Shown piece by piece: positions 51,975 through 62,063 of a stretch of DNA of 64,000 bases (the first letter of the stretch is position 1; each line of letters opens with the position of its first letter). Position numbers and translations under genes: made by a program. The DNA is from Thermoanaerobaculia bacterium (GTDB lineage Bacteria > Acidobacteriota > Thermoanaerobaculia > Multivoradales > Multivoraceae). The notes under the pieces were generated by a model that saw nothing but the letters and a program-made list of their open reading frames with translations, had not been told where the DNA came from and searched no databases. The stretch lies in contig OY761158.1 in assembly GCA_963664405.1 (NCBI GenBank), forward strand, positions 2,880,001-2,944,000, read 5' to 3'.

Positions 51975-52559
51975 CCGACGGCCCGCCTTCGGCGGGGATG
52001 ATGCCGACGGACCTAGTCTTGAGCACACTACTTGAGGGACCAAACACCCTTCCCTCACCTACCGTGCTCAGAATGGCCAACATTCCCATCGATTATCGTG
52101 CTCACTCTCAGCCGAGGGGGTTGTAGCCCGTCGCGTCCGCATCGCTCCTGGTCTTGGAAGACTCGGCAGCTCCGGCATGGGGGTGCGTTATCTCACTCCG
52201 GAAGAGCCGGTCTCCAAGGCGGAAGGAGAGACGGCTTCACTCGCGGGTGCAGTATCTTCGGAGCCGGGCGTTTTCTGCCTCTCGCTGGACATCGATCCGC
52301 GTTTGCTTGGCGCCTACGGCCGTGCGCTGCAGCTCGGAGGCCTCTTCGTTCCGACCCCGGTGCCGCCGTCGGTTGGGGAAGAAGTGACGATTGAGCTCCA
52401 GCCGCGAGGTGAGGATCAGCGACCGATTCGAGCCAGGGCCACCGTCGTGCAGACGTTGCTGCCGGGCCAGGAGCTGGGGCACCTTCCGGCGGGAATGGCT
52501 GTGACCTTCCATCAGCCCGAAGAAGTGCTCAATCGCGTTCGGCCTCACCTCGAGCTCTA

Positions 52560-52715
52560 GCCCCAAGAGAACGCGCCTGCGGCCCGTTCTCCGGCCCATC
52601 CCTACCTGAGAACCACTCGCCTGCTACGCAGGCTCCTCGCCCCAGAGTACGCGCCTGCGGCCCGTTCTCTGGCCCATCCCCACCTAAGAATTACTCGCCT
52701 GCTACGCAGGCTCCT
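52560..52715. repeat. Two ~78-bp tandem units with a REP-like palindrome
   Basis: acgcgcctgcggcccgttctc.ggcccatccc.acct.agaa..actcgcctgctacgcaggctcct, twice. Confidence 0.85.
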
Positions 52716-52792
52716 AGGCTACACTTCCGGGTGTAGGACTGCTACGCGACACTGGACCGCGGACGATCTGTCCACGGAAGGAGTCTTTCCTC

Positions 52793-55241
52793 TTGAGCGA
52801 CGAAGAGACTCGCGAGGGGCACCGAGGCGACGAGAGTCCGACCCGGTCCTGGGCCGAGCGCCGTAGTGGTGGCGCGGCCGCGAAAGAGCTCATCGGCAAT
52901 TATCGCCTGCTTCAGAGGTTGGGCGAGGGCGGGATGGGCGAAGTCTGGGAGGCCCAGCAGGAGAAGCCGGTGCGCCGGCGCGTTGCCCTCAAGCTGGTCA
53001 AGCGGGGCATGGACACGGCGGAGTTCCTGGCCCGCTTCGAGTCGGAGCGCCAGGCGCTCGCGCTGATGGATCACCCAGCGATCGCCCGCGTTTTCGATGG
53101 CGGGGCGACCGAGCATGGGAGGCCCTATTTCGTTATGGAGTTCGTCAAGGGGATGCCCCTGACCCACTACTGTGACGAGCATCGCCTCACGACTCGAGAG
53201 CGGCTCGAGCTCTTTGTCGAGATCTGTAGCGGTGTGCAGCACGCCCACCAGAAAGGGATCGTTCACCGCGACCTCAAGCCGTCGAACATCCTGGTGATGA
53301 TCCGGGACCAGGAGCAGGCTCCCAAGATCATTGACTTCGGCGTAGCCAAAGCGATCGACCAACCTCTCACAGAAGATGCTCTGTTCACCCGGCTCGGCCA
53401 GTGGGTGGGCACGCCGGACTACATGAGCCCGGAACAGACCGGTGTTGGAGGCTTGGATATCGATACCCGTTCCGACGTTTACTCCCTCGGAGTGGTCCTT
53501 TACGAGCTGCTGATCGGCACCAGGCCGCTCGAAACAAGCAGCGCCCATGTTTCGGGCTACGACGAAGTACGCCGAGTGATCCGCGAGGTAGAGCCTCCCA
53601 CTCCCAGCGCGAAGCTGATGGGAATGGGCGTGGATGCCGCAGCCGTGGCTGAGCGCCGACGGACAGACGTGTCGTCGCTGTCTCGGCGGCTGCGGGGAGA
53701 TCTCGACTGGATCTCGATGAAGGCCCTGGAAAAAGATCGTCGGCGTCGTTATCAGACCGCGAGCGAGTTGGCTCTCGAGATCGAGCGTCATCTTCGCGAC
53801 GAACCGGTACTCGCTCGTCCCCCGAGTCTCACTTATCGAGTCCAGAAGATGGCACGTCGGCACCGGGTCGGCGTCGTTTTTGTCCACTATGATGGCGGTC
53901 CTCCTGTTGACCTTTGCCGTGGCCATGGGCTTTCAGGCGCAGAGAACGACTCGGGAGCGCGATCGTGCCAACCGTGAGGCGGAGACGGCGAGCCGGGTCT
54001 CGGAGTTCCTCGTCGAGCTCTTCGAGCTCTCCGACCCCAACCAATCTTTGGGCGAGATCATCACCGCGCGCGAGATCCTGGATCATGGAGCTCGTCGCAT
54101 TGAAAGCGATCTCGAGGGAGAGCCGCAGGTGCAGGCGAAACTGGGCCACACCATCGGTCGCGTCTATGCGAGCCTGGGGCTGTACGGGCAGGCCCGTCCA
54201 CTACTCGAAGACGCGGTTGGAGTCAGCGAGGCGGTCCACGGCCGAAGCCACGAAGAAACCGGAGCATCACTGCGCAGCCTTGCGATAGTGACTTGGCAGC
54301 TGGGCGAGACCGCGAGAGCCAGGGAGCTAGCCTTGGAAGCGCTGCAGATCCATGAGGAGACTCTCGGCTCCGAACATCTGGAGGTGGGGAAGAGCCTGCA
54401 GACTCTAGGATGGATCCTGGGTGATCTAGGCCTTCACGATGAGCAGGAGTTGGTTCTTCAGCGGGCCTTGGGCATCCACCAGAGGCAGCTTGGCCTGGGC
54501 CACGAGGACACTGCCGAGGTAGGTTCCGACCTTGGCGTCCTTGCCGCGGCGCAAGGCGACTACGCCCGTGCCGAGGAGTACTTCGAGGCTGCTGTGGTGG
54601 TAACTCGCAACCGTTTCGGCCAAGAGCACCCCAAAGTAGTGAAGCACCTGTCACAGCTCGCGGGGAACTACTTCAGCCAGGCAAGGATCGAAGATGCGCT
54701 CGCCACGACCGAACAGGTCGTCGCTGCCCAGGAACGGATCTACGGCGGTTCCCATCCTGACGTGGCGGCCAGCCTGAACAACCTTGGTGCGATCCTCCAT
54801 GTTGCGGGGCGGTTGGACGAAGCGGAGCCCCACTACCGACGTTCCTTGGAGATCTGGGAAGAGAGGCTCGGTGCTGAGCATTCTCGGACCGGCACCGCGG
54901 TGGCGAATCTTGCAGAGTTGTCCCGCGACAGAGGAGAGCTGGCGGCGGCGGACCTTCTTTTCGAGCGGGCGGTGCGCATCAAAGAGGATGCCGAGGGGCC
55001 CGAGTTGGCGTACGTTCTTGGTGAGTGGGGGTTCAACCAGCTGCAGCAGAAAGACGCCGCCCGCGCAGAGGCGCTCTTTTCACGCGCTCTCGAAACGTTG
55101 GAGAGTCGCGGCGGGCTGGGGCACCCTTTCGGAGCGCGCATTATCGCCGGATACACGCAGTTGTTACGCGAAACCGGCCGCGCCTCCGAGGTGGAAGCGC
55201 TGGAGAATCGCGCTCGGTCGGCGGCGCAGGAGGGTGGCTGA
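52793..55241 (+). CDS. Ser/Thr protein kinase with TM and TPR sensor domain; frameshift at ~53880
   Basis: GEGGMGEV, VALK, HRDLKPSN, DFG, GTPDYMSPE; TPR frame 53880-55241; the break lies in a T5 run. Confidence 0.85.
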
Positions 55242-55471
55242 GCGGCGGCGTGTCTAGACAGACAGGGAGACCTGGCTCTCCGTCAGCCCAAGGTGGGCGG
55301 CGATCGCCCGCAGGTTCGGACCAGAGTCCGGGGCTCGGTTCGCAGGCTCGACCGCAGCCGTACGGCGGTCGGCCGGGAAGCTGTACGCTGGCTGAGACCC
55401 AGCAGCGCAGGACATCATGAGCTGCGCCGGGAACGAACGCAAGCAGAGTAGGCCGCTGATAGCATCTTCGG

Positions 55472-56131
55472 GTGAAGCCCCCAATTCGACTATTTCTGGT
55501 TCGTCACGGCCAAGTAGCGGCCAATCGAGAGCTGCGTTATGTGGGCCGCAGTGACCAGAGCCTTACCGAGGTGGGGCGCGGCCAGGCGATGAATCTAGCG
55601 GCCGCCTTCGAAGGTCTTCCGGTCTCACGTATCGTCTCGAGTCCGCTGCAGCGGGCGATGGCTACGGCGGAGAGCATCGCAGATACGGTTGGCATTAGGG
55701 TCGTGTGTGACGATCGTCTCCGCGAGCAATCTTTCGGCGAGTGGGAGGGCCTATCGCGCCAGGAAGTGGAGGAGCGTTCGGAGGAAGATCGGGCGAGGCT
55801 GAAGTCGTGGGAAGGAGATCCCAGCGTCGCTCCTCCAGGCGGGGATTCCCTGGTCTCAGTGCAGGAGAGAGCGGTGGCTTTGGCGGATGAGCTCCGCGAC
55901 GAAGCTGTTGTCGGCGAACGGCCCTGGGTGGTGCTTGTCAGTCACGTTGGCCCTATCAAAGCTCTTCTGGCCGCCAGCCTCGACATCTCACTGGTCTCGG
56001 TCCGGCGAATCTTCCTCGACCCGGGCACAGTGAGTGTGGTCGATTGGAGTGACCGCTCGATCGTACGCCTCTGTAATAGCTACGGTCCCTCGGGCTGGGG
56101 AAGTGCACGATGGATGCAACAGGGGGGTTAG
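55472..56131 (+). CDS. Histidine phosphatase family protein
   Basis: LVRHGQ, SSPLQRA, LREQSFGEWEG, VSH. Confidence 0.88.
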   Translation: MKPPIRLFLVRHGQVAANRELRYVGRSDQSLTEVGRGQAMNLAAAFEGLPVSRIVSSPLQRAMATAESIADTVGIRVVCDDRLREQSFGEWEGLSRQEVEERSEEDRARLKSWEGDPSVAPPGGDSLVSVQERAVALADELRDEAVVGERPWVVLVSHVGPIKALLAASLDISLVSVRRIFLDPGTVSVVDWSDRSIVRLCNSYGPSGWGSARWMQQGG

Positions 56132-56245
56132 AGGTCCTAAGCACGCTTGGAGCCTTGCGCCTCGGTTCCCGCCTCTGGTAGAAACATCTTCCGCTCGGGC
56201 GGTGATCTCTGCCGCCCAACTCTCAAACTCGAAAGCAGGTCCGCC

Positions 56246-57769
56246 ATGTCCAAGCCCACTGGCTCCGAGCTAATGGAACGCATCGTTGCCGTCGCCAAGA
56301 GGCGTGGCTTCATTTTCCCTGCCTCCGAGATCTACGGCGGCATCAACGGGTTCTGGGACTACGGGCCGCTCGGCACCCAGCTCAAGAACAATCTACGCGA
56401 CGCCTGGTGGCAAGATATGGTCGAGTGTCCCCCACTCGGGCCTGATGGCGATCCACTGAGCATCGTCGGTCTGGACTCGGCCATTATTCAGAACCCGCGC
56501 ACCTGGGAGGCGAGCGGACATGTGGGCGGATTCAGCGATCCGATGGTCGACTGCCGTGAGACCAAGAAGCGCTATCGCGCTGATCACCTGCTCGTTCTCT
56601 GTTGTACCGAAGGAGTGCCCGGCGCTCCCGGCTTCTGCTATCAAGAGGGAGATCCGGAGCCCGCATTGAAAACTGCCGGCAAGGCTCTCAAGAGAAAGGT
56701 CGCAATCGAGGACTGTTCCAGCGTGCCCTTTCTCGAGCTTCCCGAAGAGGCTAGAGAGACGGTTTACGCTCCCGGAGCCTCCGCGCCAGGAACTCTCACG
56801 GAGCCGCGACAGTTCAATCTGATGTTCCGCACCTTCGTCGGGGCGGCGAGCGGTGACGAGAACATTGCCTACTTGCGGCCCGAGACAGCCCAGGGCATCT
56901 TCCTCAACTATCGAAACGTTCTCGACACCACCCGTGTGCGTGTGCCTTTCGGCATCGCGCAGATCGGAAAGGCTTTTCGGAACGAGGTTACGCCTCGCAA
57001 CTACATCTTCCGCAGCCGCGAGTTCGAGCAGATGGAGATGGAGTGGTTCTGCCTGCCGCAAGAGGCTGGGCAATGGCTCGAGTACTGGACCCACCAGCGG
57101 ATGGAGTGGTGGAAGTCGGTGGGTGTCGGAGAGGAGAGCCTCACGCTACGTCGCCACGACCGCGACGAGCTGGCGCACTACGCAAAGTCGGGTGAGGGAA
57201 CCTACGACGTGGAGTATCGCTATCCGTTCACTGCCCCGGGGTTCGGCGAGCTGGAGGGGATCGCGCACCGCGGCTGCTTCGATCTCGAGCAGCACCAGAG
57301 CGCCAGCCAGACGAAGATGGAGTATTTCGATGTCGAGAGTCGGGATCGTTACCTGCCCCACGTCATCGAGCCGGCCGCCGGTCTGAGTCGGGGGGTGCTC
57401 GCACTTCTATGCGAGGCCTATGATGTCGACGAGAGTCGGCCTTCTCCAGAGATCATGCGCTTTCTGCCTCGCTTGGCTCCGATCAAAGCCGGTATCTTCC
57501 CACTGGTGGCCAAGAAGGGCATGCCCGAAGTCGCGCAAAGTCTGTTTCTCGATGTACGCCGTCGCTACACGGCGCAGCTCGACGTCAAGCAATCGATCGG
57601 CAAACGTTACGCTCGCATGGACGAAGCGGGAACACCGTTCTGTTTCACGGTGGATGGGCAGACCTTGGAGGATCAAACCCTCACCGTGCGCGACCGAGAC
57701 ACCGGCGATCAGGAGCGCATCTCGGTCGAAGCAGTGCTTCCCTACCTTGCCGAGAAGCTCGGTCCCTGA
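56246..57769 (+). CDS. glyQS: Glycine--tRNA ligase, alpha2 type
   Basis: KRRGF, DYGPLG, LRPETAQG, GKAFRNE, FRSREFEQME, C-terminal anticodon domain SIGKRYARMDEAG. Confidence 0.95.
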   Translation: MSKPTGSELMERIVAVAKRRGFIFPASEIYGGINGFWDYGPLGTQLKNNLRDAWWQDMVECPPLGPDGDPLSIVGLDSAIIQNPRTWEASGHVGGFSDPMVDCRETKKRYRADHLLVLCCTEGVPGAPGFCYQEGDPEPALKTAGKALKRKVAIEDCSSVPFLELPEEARETVYAPGASAPGTLTEPRQFNLMFRTFVGAASGDENIAYLRPETAQGIFLNYRNVLDTTRVRVPFGIAQIGKAFRNEVTPRNYIFRSREFEQMEMEWFCLPQEAGQWLEYWTHQRMEWWKSVGVGEESLTLRRHDRDELAHYAKSGEGTYDVEYRYPFTAPGFGELEGIAHRGCFDLEQHQSASQTKMEYFDVESRDRYLPHVIEPAAGLSRGVLALLCEAYDVDESRPSPEIMRFLPRLAPIKAGIFPLVAKKGMPEVAQSLFLDVRRRYTAQLDVKQSIGKRYARMDEAGTPFCFTVDGQTLEDQTLTVRDRDTGDQERISVEAVLPYLAEKLGP

Positions 57770-57857
57770 ATCGGTCCTCTCAGCGGCCCCCGGGCTGCGT
57801 GACTCGGAGAACGCCGAGTTGACGCGAAACGTCACCCGTAGGTGCCAATTCTGATCT

Positions 57858-57881
57858 GGCCCCCGTCAAGATGACGGGGCC
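57858..57881. terminator. GC-rich hairpin downstream of glyQS
   Basis: ggcccccgtca-aga-tgacggggcc; weak U-tract. Confidence 0.4.
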
Positions 57882-58122
57882 AATACTTTCGAGCTGGGGC
57901 TGGGAGAGATAGGGGTTGGAGGGAAGAGGTTCCGCAGATTAGGGATGGTATGTGTTGGTTTGCCCCTGTTGCAGGGGATGGTGGCGGAAATAGAGGGAAA
58001 TCTTATGAGGAAAGGAAAAATCAAAGATTGCGGAACCTCTCCTTTTTGAATTGCCTCCGTTGTTGGAAAATAGTAAAGCAAGAAGTGTGCCATTGCAAGT
58101 GAAAAGTTTCACAAGCTGGCGC

Positions 58123-59370
58123 TCATCCGCGCGGCTCGCCAACCTTTCGGATCTGCAGGAGGGCCGCGAGCTGGAACGCCAACGAGAGCCAGAAGACCCA
58201 GCGGAGAGGCGCCAGGTCGGCGAGTAGGCCCGCTCCTAAGTAGCCCAAGGCTCCGACCAGTTCTGAGGAGGCATTGGTAGCGCCGATCCGCATCGCGCGG
58301 TTCTGTTCATCGCCGAACTCGAGTACCAGATTCTGACCGGCCAACATGAATCCCGAGGCGCCGAATGAAACAAGGAAGAACACTGCGTAGGCGGCCCACA
58401 GCACTCCAGTGGTGAGAACGAGGGCATTTCCGGCCATCCAGACACATAGACCGGCCAGAAAGACGATCCGGAAGCCGCGATGATCGGCGAGGAGGCCCCA
58501 GATCATCGCCCCCGCCGCGTTGGCCAGGGTGAAGACGATGGTGAAGGTGGCAAGGCGAGAGCCGGAGAGCTCGTAGCGCTGACCGACATAGAGGATGTAG
58601 AAGGGAATGCTCGAGCGCCCGGCAGTGCCCAGCAGGCGAGCGGCGAAGAAGCGCTTGAACCCCGGCTCGCCCGCGAGTAGCGCTGGGATGCTCTTGAGAC
58701 GTGCCACAAAAGGGGTTGCAGGTTGCGGGTTGAGGGTGGCTGTCTCGTGAATGGTCGCGAAGGCCACCAGGCCGAGACTGGTTAGAACGAATGCGAGCAG
58801 GAACGTCCAGCCGTAGCCGGCGGGAAAAGGGCTGCGGTCGACGATCCAACCCCCAAGGGCAGACACAAAGAGAAGAGTGATGCCCGAAGTCGCGTTGCGC
58901 AGTCCGAGAAGGCGCCCCCGCTTCATCGGTGGGATCACCTTGGAAATGATGAAGTTGAAGCTGACGTTCTGCAGCCCACTGGCGAGTCCCCACATGCCGA
59001 TTACAATCCAGACGGCCACCAGGGCGTGACGGCGGGGGACGAAGAAGGCGGTGAGTGAGAGAAGAAGTATCTGCGAGCGCATCAGGGCGCCGAAACTGAC
59101 CGCAAGCCTCTTGACGTATGTGCGGCGCTCGACCATCCAGGCTGCTAGGTAGGGCGAGACCGACATTCCGAGACTCTGCAGCGCCCTGGCGATGCCGATG
59201 GCGGAGTTGTTGCCGGCAAGCAGGCTCAGGTAGGCGGGGAGGAAGGTTGGCGCCTGGAGCAGCCTAAAACCTGTCTGGCCGAGAAGGCCGTGAATGAGGA
59301 GGGCGGTGAAGTTACGACGGAGGTGGGGGTCTTTCTCGGGGCTCCGCTTGGGTGTCGAGGGTGGAGGCAC
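58123..59370 (-). CDS. MFS transporter
   Basis: About 12 TMs, RGRLLG, GLLADHRG. Confidence 0.85.
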   Translation of the reverse strand: MPPPSTPKRSPEKDPHLRRNFTALLIHGLLGQTGFRLLQAPTFLPAYLSLLAGNNSAIGIARALQSLGMSVSPYLAAWMVERRTYVKRLAVSFGALMRSQILLLSLTAFFVPRRHALVAVWIVIGMWGLASGLQNVSFNFIISKVIPPMKRGRLLGLRNATSGITLLFVSALGGWIVDRSPFPAGYGWTFLLAFVLTSLGLVAFATIHETATLNPQPATPFVARLKSIPALLAGEPGFKRFFAARLLGTAGRSSIPFYILYVGQRYELSGSRLATFTIVFTLANAAGAMIWGLLADHRGFRIVFLAGLCVWMAGNALVLTTGVLWAAYAVFFLVSFGASGFMLAGQNLVLEFGDEQNRAMRIGATNASSELVGALGYLGAGLLADLAPLRWVFWLSLAFQLAALLQIRKVGEPRG

Positions 59371-59433
59371 GGGCGCATTGTATGTTCCTCAGATCGAGCC
59401 GCCGGGCGAGCTCCGGTGCGATAGGGTCTGCCG

Positions 59434-59754
59434 ATGGCAGACGGCTCGAGCGATCGTTGGCAGACGATCTACGCCGTTGTGCTCCGAATTCCGGCCGGCA
59501 AGGTCGCGAACTATGGGCAGGTCGCCAGCGTTGCCGGGCTAAAGGGAGGTGCCCGTCAGGTGGGGTATGCCCTGCATGCCCTCGAGGATGGCAGCAACGT
59601 GCCCTGGCACCGCGTCCTCAACGCCCGGGGAGAGGTCAGCCCGCGCGCGACCCCAGGTTGGGAAGGTCTCCAGCGCAAGCTGCTCGAAGCCGAGGGAGTC
59701 CGCTTCGACGAGCATGGCCGCGTCGACCTGGCGCGCGATCGCTGGGAGCCCTGA
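59434..59754 (+). CDS. Alkyltransferase-like (ATL/MGMT-family) protein
   Basis: IPAGKVANYGQVA, ARQVG, PWHRV (Trp replaces the catalytic Cys). Confidence 0.9.
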   Translation: MADGSSDRWQTIYAVVLRIPAGKVANYGQVASVAGLKGGARQVGYALHALEDGSNVPWHRVLNARGEVSPRATPGWEGLQRKLLEAEGVRFDEHGRVDLARDRWEP

Positions 59755-60059
59755 TCCGGTGCCGGGGCCGCCCCCTGGGCGGTCCCCCCGGAAGCGGCCT
59801 ACGGCCCTGCCCTACCAGCGCCCGGTTTCCCGGCTCACTCTGACCCAATAGCTCGAAGGCTTCGGATATAGTTGGCTGTCGGTTCGATTCGGGCGTGGAG
59901 CGCCCCGTGACAGGTGCACGAGGGAGATCAAGCATGAGCAAAGGACCAGAGCCCGCTTCGAGTGTCGGGATCGAGGACCTCGCGGCCCGGCGCCTTATCA
60001 GCGCGCAGGACTACAACGAGCTGAGGGTCGCCGCGAGAACCGCCTGATCGGGGCCCCGG

Positions 60060-60941
60060 CTATCGATTCTCTTCCTCTTCGAGAGCGGTCTCGAGCTCCA
60101 AGAGGCGGCGCTCAACCGTCTTCATCCGGTGCTCCACTTGCTCCCAATCCATGGTCTGAATTCGCTTCAGGCGGCCCCTCCACTCGTCGCTGTCGAAGTA
60201 TTCGTTGAGGTGCTCCAGGGTCTCCTCCAGGTCCTCGTACCGGGGGACGTGGATCTGGGTCAGCTGGCGTAACTGCGGATCGTCCGGACCCAGTTGCTCA
60301 AGGTGGAGTGCCTTCGGTCCGTCTTCGCTGAGCATGAAGGCGCGGTGGCCCTGGAGTAGATCTTTAGTGAGGTCGACCACCATTCGCGAGCTCTGCTCGA
60401 CGCCCACTTGGAGGGTGATCTCTTCTTCGTCTCTCCAAACGCCCAATGAGACCTCTGAATCAGGCTCGGTGGCGTTGACTGCTCTTGACAGCTCAGTAGA
60501 GGCTGCGATTGGAGCGCCGCCGGCGGCCATGATGATGTCGCCGACTCGGATTCCCGCCCGCTCGGCTGGGGTTCCATCGAGGACCTTTGAGACCATGACT
60601 CCTTTTTCGGGAGGTACGCCGAAGTGCTCGCGCAGCTCGGGTGTCAGAGCCAGGAGCTGGACCCCGATGAATCGGCGGTGGCCAGCGAAGTCGAGGTAGC
60701 GCAGCTGCGTGCCGGCGTTGCCGGCATCCTTCAACCAAGTCAAACCGTGATGCTGCAGAGTATCTGTATTGCCGTCCTCGTCGACAAAGACCGCGGTGAC
60801 GAGTGCGCCCGGCTGACCGGGTACGCCCGTCTGAACTTCGATTCGCTTGCGGACCTGGCGCTCTTGGGCGTAGAAGGGGTCGGGCAGGCCGACGAGGGAA
60901 AGAAGAAATATCGACCACGAAATCTTGGAGTTGATACGCAT
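60060..60941 (-). CDS. Secreted PDZ-domain protein
   Basis: Signal peptide, FIGVQL..LTPELREHFG, PAERAGIRVGDII. Confidence 0.85.
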   Translation of the reverse strand: MRINSKISWSIFLLSLVGLPDPFYAQERQVRKRIEVQTGVPGQPGALVTAVFVDEDGNTDTLQHHGLTWLKDAGNAGTQLRYLDFAGHRRFIGVQLLALTPELREHFGVPPEKGVMVSKVLDGTPAERAGIRVGDIIMAAGGAPIAASTELSRAVNATEPDSEVSLGVWRDEEEITLQVGVEQSSRMVVDLTKDLLQGHRAFMLSEDGPKALHLEQLGPDDPQLRQLTQIHVPRYEDLEETLEHLNEYFDSDEWRGRLKRIQTMDWEQVEHRMKTVERRLLELETALEEEENR

Positions 60942-60958
60942 AGCGAGGTCCTCGTTGA

Positions 60959-61378
60959 CTACTGCGGGAAGCGATAGGAGACTGGAATCGATTTGCCTTC
61001 GCGCCCTTGCGATAGCTCTTGCAGGTCGAGAACGAAATCGACCTCGCCTCCACCTTCCACTCCGACGATCGGTTGTGACTCGGCCACGAAACGGCGAAGC
61101 TGTCGCAGCTCGGCCTCGAGATCTCTGTACTCATGCTGCATCGATTCGACGCGCTGTCGAGCCACTTGCTCCTGCTCTTGGGCGATCCTCTGGCGCCAGG
61201 CCAAGGGGGCGGCAATGAGAAGGACCGCGGCGACGAGCCCGAACGCTAAGAGGGGCATGGGTGACCTTCTCCGTTGGGAGCGTTCCTCGATTCGCGCCAG
61301 CACTCTGGTTTTGAAACCGGGTGAGGCCTCCGCTCTAGGAGTCCGGCGCAGAAGTGTGCGTAGGTCTTGGTCGTTCAT
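60959..61378 (-). CDS. Putative membrane anti-sigma factor
   Basis: ATGA overlap with the sigma gene, ASPGF..RVL, single TM, coiled coil. Confidence 0.7.
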   Translation of the reverse strand: MNDQDLRTLLRRTPRAEASPGFKTRVLARIEERSQRRRSPMPLLAFGLVAAVLLIAAPLAWRQRIAQEQEQVARQRVESMQHEYRDLEAELRQLRRFVAESQPIVGVEGGGEVDFVLDLQELSQGREGKSIPVSYRFPQ

Positions 61379-61968
61379 CGTGCATCTCCGAGCCAATAAG
61401 GCGCGAGCAGCGTTTTCAGTTTCTCTCGGCCGCGACTTATTCGCGACTTGACGGTCCCTTCGCGGCAGCCGAGTGCCGTGGCGATCTCGCGGTAGGAGAG
61501 TCCCTCGATCTCTCGTAGCACTAGGGGAGCGCGGTAGCGCAGAGGCAGCTGCGAAAGTGCCCAGTCCACCTCCCGCGTTGCTTCGTTGCTCATAGCCAGA
61601 CGGTGGGGGGTTGGTGGTGGAGGGCGCATCTCGCCCTTGACCTGCCCCGAGAGCACTCGCCACCGCTTGGCGCGGCGCTGTTCCGAGCGCAAGAGGTTGA
61701 CGGCGATGCGGAGCAGATAGGACAACAGTTGCCCTTGCTCTTGGTAGTAAGAGGACTTCTGGTAAAGACGAAGAAACGCCTCCTGAGCGAGCTCTTCGGC
61801 GCGATCTCGGTCTCGTGTGAGGCGGGTCAGGTAGTTCACGACTCCGTGTTTGTGGCGGTCGATGAGGTCCCCGAAGGCATCTTTGTCGCCTTCCTTGACG
61901 CGGAACATGAGCGAGGCGTCGCTCTCGACGGCGACACCGATAGCAGGACTGGCTATTCCCACGTTCAC
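61375..61968 (-). CDS. ECF sigma-70 factor (start approximate)
   Basis: D..LM..V..GD..AF, AEELAQEAF, EGLSYREIA..LG...GTVKSRI.RGR. Confidence 0.9.
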   Translation of the reverse strand: MNVGIASPAIGVAVESDASLMFRVKEGDKDAFGDLIDRHKHGVVNYLTRLTRDRDRAEELAQEAFLRLYQKSSYYQEQGQLLSYLLRIAVNLLRSEQRRAKRWRVLSGQVKGEMRPPPPTPHRLAMSNEATREVDWALSQLPLRYRAPLVLREIEGLSYREIATALGCREGTVKSRISRGREKLKTLLAPYWLGDAR

Positions 61969-62063
61969 ACCGACTTCCTCACAGAGACAGTAACGCGTGG
62001 GAGTCGAGAAGGTTCCAGCGGAGTCCCAACTTCTTTCAGCAGCCACTATGATGGTCTCCGCTC

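Larger units (their letters stand above)
50262..52110. mobile_element. Non-autonomous element (MITE, ~477 bp once the nested IS256 is removed) with IS21-like ends
   Basis: Perfect 25-bp IR tgagagtgagcacgataatcgatgg; TG...CA ends; degenerate inner repeats; 6-bp DR gccgag (50256-50261 / 52111-52116). Confidence 0.9.
50056..52560 (+). pseudogene. Tandem PilZ-domain protein split by a MITE carrying an IS256 (start approximate)
   Basis: RxxxR and D.S..G.FI.T motifs before the insertion; excising 50262-52116 gives in-frame KIAE|GVVARR...GMGVRY; second PilZ has GGLFVPT...GMAVTF. Confidence 0.8.

Noticed and set aside
52560-52715. CRISPR array
   Set aside because: Only two abutting units with no unique spacers, and no cas genes in the window
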